A DNA stretch of 61,901 nt, counting the filler, from Hausera hauseri (Eukaryota): NCBI GenBank assembly GCA_046269625.1. It is 13 parts of 13 records of this genome, joined end to end, with 100 filler letters (N's around TTAATTAATTAA, not from the genome) between each part and the next. Parts side by side here need not be neighbours in the genome. Positions count along the whole stretch, not along the records: positions 57,830 to 61,901 come from JBJURY010780647.1; 12 more parts are not named here. One strand, 5' to 3'. Shown piece by piece: positions 58,282-61,901 of this stretch. The position numbers and the translations under genes were made by a program. The notes beneath the pieces were generated by a model. That model searched no databases. It was not told the origin of the DNA and worked only from the letters and a program-made list of their open reading frames with translations. Numbering within the stretch: position 1 is the first letter of the stretch; each line of letters opens with the position of its first letter.

Positions 58282-61140
58282 TCAAATATTAACACCGATT
58301 GTTGCCAGCAGCTGTTTCAGAATATCTTTATTTCCATCTGGCAGATTGTTCCACAGCAAATCGAATTTGGCTTTGTTCGTGACGGCAATTTGTTTGATAC
58401 ATTCGGCCAAATGATTTCTCGGATCGGCAATGTCACGAGATGGATCGATGATTTTCTTACCGACGAACATCAGCTGATTCAGTGCCGTCGTGTTGGACAT
58501 GGAATCGTCGACGTCGACAAAATGTGAATCGTTTTCGACGCTCGTATTCGGATCGTACTGGACGACCAATTCAACGATTTTCGACAGCATTTCTACTTGG
58601 ACATTGATGAACGGTGTTTCCATTATAAATCGTAACAATCCAACGATGCAAATTTTGCGTTCGGTATTGTCAATCAGTCGACAGATGTTCGGAACAATTG
58701 CGTTCTGCAACGTCATTTGGACAATGTTTTCTTGGATCAACGACAGAACGGACAGGATTTCCGTAGGTGGATAAATCAGACAGAGACTGGAGAAGAACAG
58801 AACGAAACCCTTGAGATATTTGGTCGTTTTGTTTTTGGACAGTCGTTGAAAACAATTGACGAATATCGTTTTCAGAACGTTTTGCGTTTCTTTCGGCAGA
58901 TAGAAAAACACGGCCGTTATCAACATAAATCCGAACAAATCCAAACTGCGACTGTTGTTCAGCCTTTGGAAAATGACGATCATGTTGTTGAGTTGATCGG
59001 AAATAATCCAGCCCCCGGTGCGTTCGATGTACGATACGAGGAGACGCAATAGCGATGGGACATTTTCATTGGATTCCCAGAGTTTGAGATTCAGGAGAAA
59101 GGGGAATAATTCCGCATAGAATTGTTTGTTGGAATTCGGTGGATTGTAATCTAGAAGGAGACTCAGCAATTGAAATACGTACGGCAGGAATTGTTCGACT
59201 TCTTTCTGAAAGACCGTTTCGAATATCGGTGCCAGTGCAGTTTCAAATTCACTGACATAATTGGGATTGTTATTGCACACGATTTTTATGCTCAGCGCAA
59301 TAGATTCCATTAGGAAATGATTGAATCGTGGTTTCTTCGGATTTTTAACGGCTAAATCCAATTTTCGTAGTAAGAACGGCAGAACTTTATCCAACGGCAG
59401 CTGACTAGTTTTCAATAAACTCAAACAACGCATAATGGCCTGCATAGTATAGTCATTCTCTTCGGATCCTTCAATCTGCAATGCATCGCACAATCGAAAC
59501 AACATCGTTTCGCTAACATCTGCTGCAGTAATGACGGCATTGGGTGACGACGGATAACGAACCATCAATAATTTATTAACGGCAGCAGCTGTATACGTGT
59601 GGACTACGTGAGATTGATGACAGGCAAATTGAGATAGGAAATTTATCGATGATTTCAATTCGTCGTGGGAAATGATATTACGGAATGCCATAAGATACTT
59701 GATACAATCGGCTTTAACGACTGCATTATCGCCGATTTTACCAGATAATTCCGGCAACACGTGACTCTTATAGAACGCAGCAATGTCAACGAAGTTCGTA
59801 TTGGTAACACCGTATCTTTCGGTACCGCCACGTGATGCAATGGACGTAATTAAGAATAGTGCACAGTCCTTCTCTTTCCAATTTACTTGGGGATTTTGCG
59901 AATAACGATCTAATAAACTCTGGATATAGACAGTAAAATGTTCGACAATCCCTCCTTGGGTGAGATTACAAAGTGCTTTGATCAAATCACATGCCGATTT
60001 CCGACGAGTGTGTGTATTGGATCCTTCAATATCCCGACGAATATACTCTTCATAATTCTCTACAAATAAATCCAAATCTGATTGCCGAAATTCGATATTC
60101 GGTACAATAACTTGTACGCAGAGATTTTCCACATTTAGCGTTTGCGTGAATACTTCTCGATTGCGTTGTTTTTCTGCCACGAGTGAGAGAAAATCCAACG
60201 AACTACTGACCAGATTGTCAAATTTTGCTGAGATATTAGTACTGTATATTAATTGGAGGACATCTTCAATAAAACTCTTTAAGTGGCCGGCGAATTCTTC
60301 CTCATATCTACCGGCATACAGAGAAATATTTGCGCAAATTTGTGCCTTGATTTCTTCGAGAATTCCCGGTTCATCAGAATTATTAGACGAAAGAATGGAA
60401 TTATTATATCGTAGAATTTCGTGGAAATAACTCATCCACGTATCGAGATTATCTTCGAAATATTCCGGTAAATCTTGATGATTTAAACTCTGGAATATTT
60501 TGGCAATAAGCAACGCCGTATTAAAGAGAATCATCAATTCATTTTGACAATTTGGACGTTGGTTTATGTGTTTTAGAGTCTCACCAAATAGCCACGCAAA
60601 CGGACCAGCTAAATGCGTTATAACTTCTTTAATTTCTAACCAAAGTTTATCAGATTTTGTTTCTTCGCGATACCGTTTGAAAAGACTGTGACACGTCTTC
60701 AGGATCCCGTTGATTGTCAAAAAATTCCCTTCGCTGATTTTCTCAATGATTTTGCTCAATAGATCCGTCCATCTCTCTGGGAAATCACAACGAGCAACAA
60801 TCGTTACTGATTCCGATAGTTGATTTTGAATTGTCGATGCACTACTGAGCATGAGATCAATAATATGTTTTCGAACGTAAATTCGATCATTTTCGGAAAT
60901 AACATCATCATTATTGTCATCGACTTTCCAATTTCGTTTGACGAAATTTTTAAATGCAATTGCAGCGGAAATTTTCACGTTCTGATTACATTCACTGGCG
61001 ATAATTTGGAAAATAGCTTCGCTAAAACCGTTGACTTTTTCCATTTGAAGTAACAATTCTTCGGCTGGTTTTCGAATTTCATTTAACGGAGACATGGACG
61101 AGTCCAGGCATTGAGATAATTGGTTAATTGCATTCGCCAT
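58282..61140 (-). CDS. CSE1L: Exportin-2 / CSE1L (CAS), complete intronless 952-aa ORF
   Basis: IBN_N region (RKPAE...AIAFKNFVKRNW), DFPERW, LWLEIK, QDLPEYFEDN, EYIRRDIEGS..TRR, KNPKKPRFNHFLME and FLPYVFQ. Confidence 0.96.
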   Translation of the reverse strand: MANAINQLSQCLDSSMSPLNEIRKPAEELLLQMEKVNGFSEAIFQIIASECNQNVKISAAIAFKNFVKRNWKVDDNNDDVISENDRIYVRKHIIDLMLSSASTIQNQLSESVTIVARCDFPERWTDLLSKIIEKISEGNFLTINGILKTCHSLFKRYREETKSDKLWLEIKEVITHLAGPFAWLFGETLKHINQRPNCQNELMILFNTALLIAKIFQSLNHQDLPEYFEDNLDTWMSYFHEILRYNNSILSSNNSDEPGILEEIKAQICANISLYAGRYEEEFAGHLKSFIEDVLQLIYSTNISAKFDNLVSSSLDFLSLVAEKQRNREVFTQTLNVENLCVQVIVPNIEFRQSDLDLFVENYEEYIRRDIEGSNTHTRRKSACDLIKALCNLTQGGIVEHFTVYIQSLLDRYSQNPQVNWKEKDCALFLITSIASRGGTERYGVTNTNFVDIAAFYKSHVLPELSGKIGDNAVVKADCIKYLMAFRNIISHDELKSSINFLSQFACHQSHVVHTYTAAAVNKLLMVRYPSSPNAVITAADVSETMLFRLCDALQIEGSEENDYTMQAIMRCLSLLKTSQLPLDKVLPFLLRKLDLAVKNPKKPRFNHFLMESIALSIKIVCNNNPNYVSEFETALAPIFETVFQKEVEQFLPYVFQLLSLLLDYNPPNSNKQFYAELFPFLLNLKLWESNENVPSLLRLLVSYIERTGGWIISDQLNNMIVIFQRLNNSRSLDLFGFMLITAVFFYLPKETQNVLKTIFVNCFQRLSKNKTTKYLKGFVLFFSSLCLIYPPTEILSVLSLIQENIVQMTLQNAIVPNICRLIDNTERKICIVGLLRFIMETPFINVQVEMLSKIVELVVQYDPNTSVENDSHFVDVDDSMSNTTALNQLMFVGKKIIDPSRDIADPRNHLAECIKQIAVTNKAKFDLLWNNLPDGNKDILKQLLATIGVNI

Positions 61141-61504
61141 TCTTAATGACTAATCAGGTTAAATAGTATTAGTAATACAAAGGAATACCTGGATAAAACT
61201 CTTATTCAAAACTTCAAATGAATTCAATTTTAATTCAAATTGAAAATTAATTTAAACAAATATCCGTTTTCTTTCAGGTGTCCAGAATGCATAATTTATA
61301 TATAGTTAATTTATCTACATCTAAAAAGGTTGGTTAAAATTTTTATTATGCTACATAATTTTGATGCATTAAATAATTTACTTGATATTTTATTACAAAA
61401 TTATATTTTTAGGATTATTAAGTATCATAAATGATTTTTCTATTCATATTTTTTACCTTCTTTTGTTGAAGCAAATAAACAAGGCGAACTAACCAATTAT
61501 TAAT

Positions 61505-61579
61505 ATTCGTCTAGTAATTTCTTAGATAATTTTCCTTCCTTTTCGATACGGCAATTAGGGAAGAAATTACTAGACGAAT
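61505..61579. repeat. Perfect 19-bp inverted repeat with 37-nt spacer
   Basis: ATTCGTCTAGTAATTTCTT (61505-61523) and AAGAAATTACTAGACGAAT (61561-61579). Confidence 0.85.
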
Positions 61580-61901
61580 TATATGAATCCTGTTTGGCGT
61601 TATTTAAATTATTAATATAACTGTGCATTATAGTTATCTTAGAGATATTTTATAGATCATATAGTATATTAAATGTGTTAAGCTAAAAGTTAAATATAAT
61701 TATCGTTTCAATTTATTTTATTAATAATTGATATCTACTAAATCTACTAAAATTTGAGACCTTTAATTTTTTGATAAAAATAATAATTCCGTTGCTATGG
61801 TGTAATAGTATAAAATTTTCATTAGAGACAAATATTCTTTAGCTTAATGTTTATATATCGCTTAAAGCATAACAAATGCCAGTAGGTTTTAGTTATTACT
61901 G

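Noticed and set aside
58213-61053. Many short ORFs antisense to or overlapping CSE1L, DDHD, BOP1, accA and glyQ
   Set aside because: These are shadow frames of real genes with no independent motifs.
1-61901. CRISPR arrays, rRNA or tRNA genes, prokaryotic defence systems
   Set aside because: I saw no repeat-spacer array or structured RNA gene. The only tRNA-related sequences are short PBS complements.

Overview
This window is not one continuous locus. It is 13 short contigs (1-4433, 4534-9199, 9300-13650, 13751-17881, 17982-22571, 22672-26680, 26781-34528, 34629-38650, 38751-43350, 43451-47416, 47517-53682, 53783-57729, 57830-61901) joined by an artificial 100-nt linker (N44-TTAATTAATTAA-N44). 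Most of the DNA comes from an AT-rich, compact animal genome with 42-49 nt introns and cilia genes. A fish-type exon is also present, so I infer a fish-parasitic flatworm such as a monogenean. Apparently intact host genes are a DDHD2/SEC23IP-like phospholipase, BOP1, an axonemal dynein heavy chain fragment and an intronless CSE1L. Broken host gene copies are a USP deubiquitinase, a BAHD1-like BAH protein, iRhom/RHBDF, TTC8/BBS8 and TM9SF2, and most of them sit directly against LTR-retrotransposon DNA. Mobile DNA dominates: several Ty3/gypsy families, pogo/Tigger, a hAT(m)-like element and MITEs. There are also two diverged copies of a Polinton/Maverick (adintovirus-like) virion module: penton, core protein, major capsid and adenain protease, followed by a conserved terminus that carries an unknown small gene. 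The most interesting signals are four. (1) An intact RING-finger ORF ends exactly at a retrotransposon polypurine tract and is followed by a possible 3.5-kb LTR and a tRNA-Met PBS. (2) The endogenous Polinton-like virus. (3) A gypsy family has a roughly 1000-codon Gag extension with SAM-like and AT-hook-like motifs. (4) One contig joins a fish ABCC4 exon, a bacterial accA-glyQ-glyS' operon and parasite retroelement DNA. All identifications come from motif recognition by eye; no database searches were run. Boundaries of degenerate elements are approximate.
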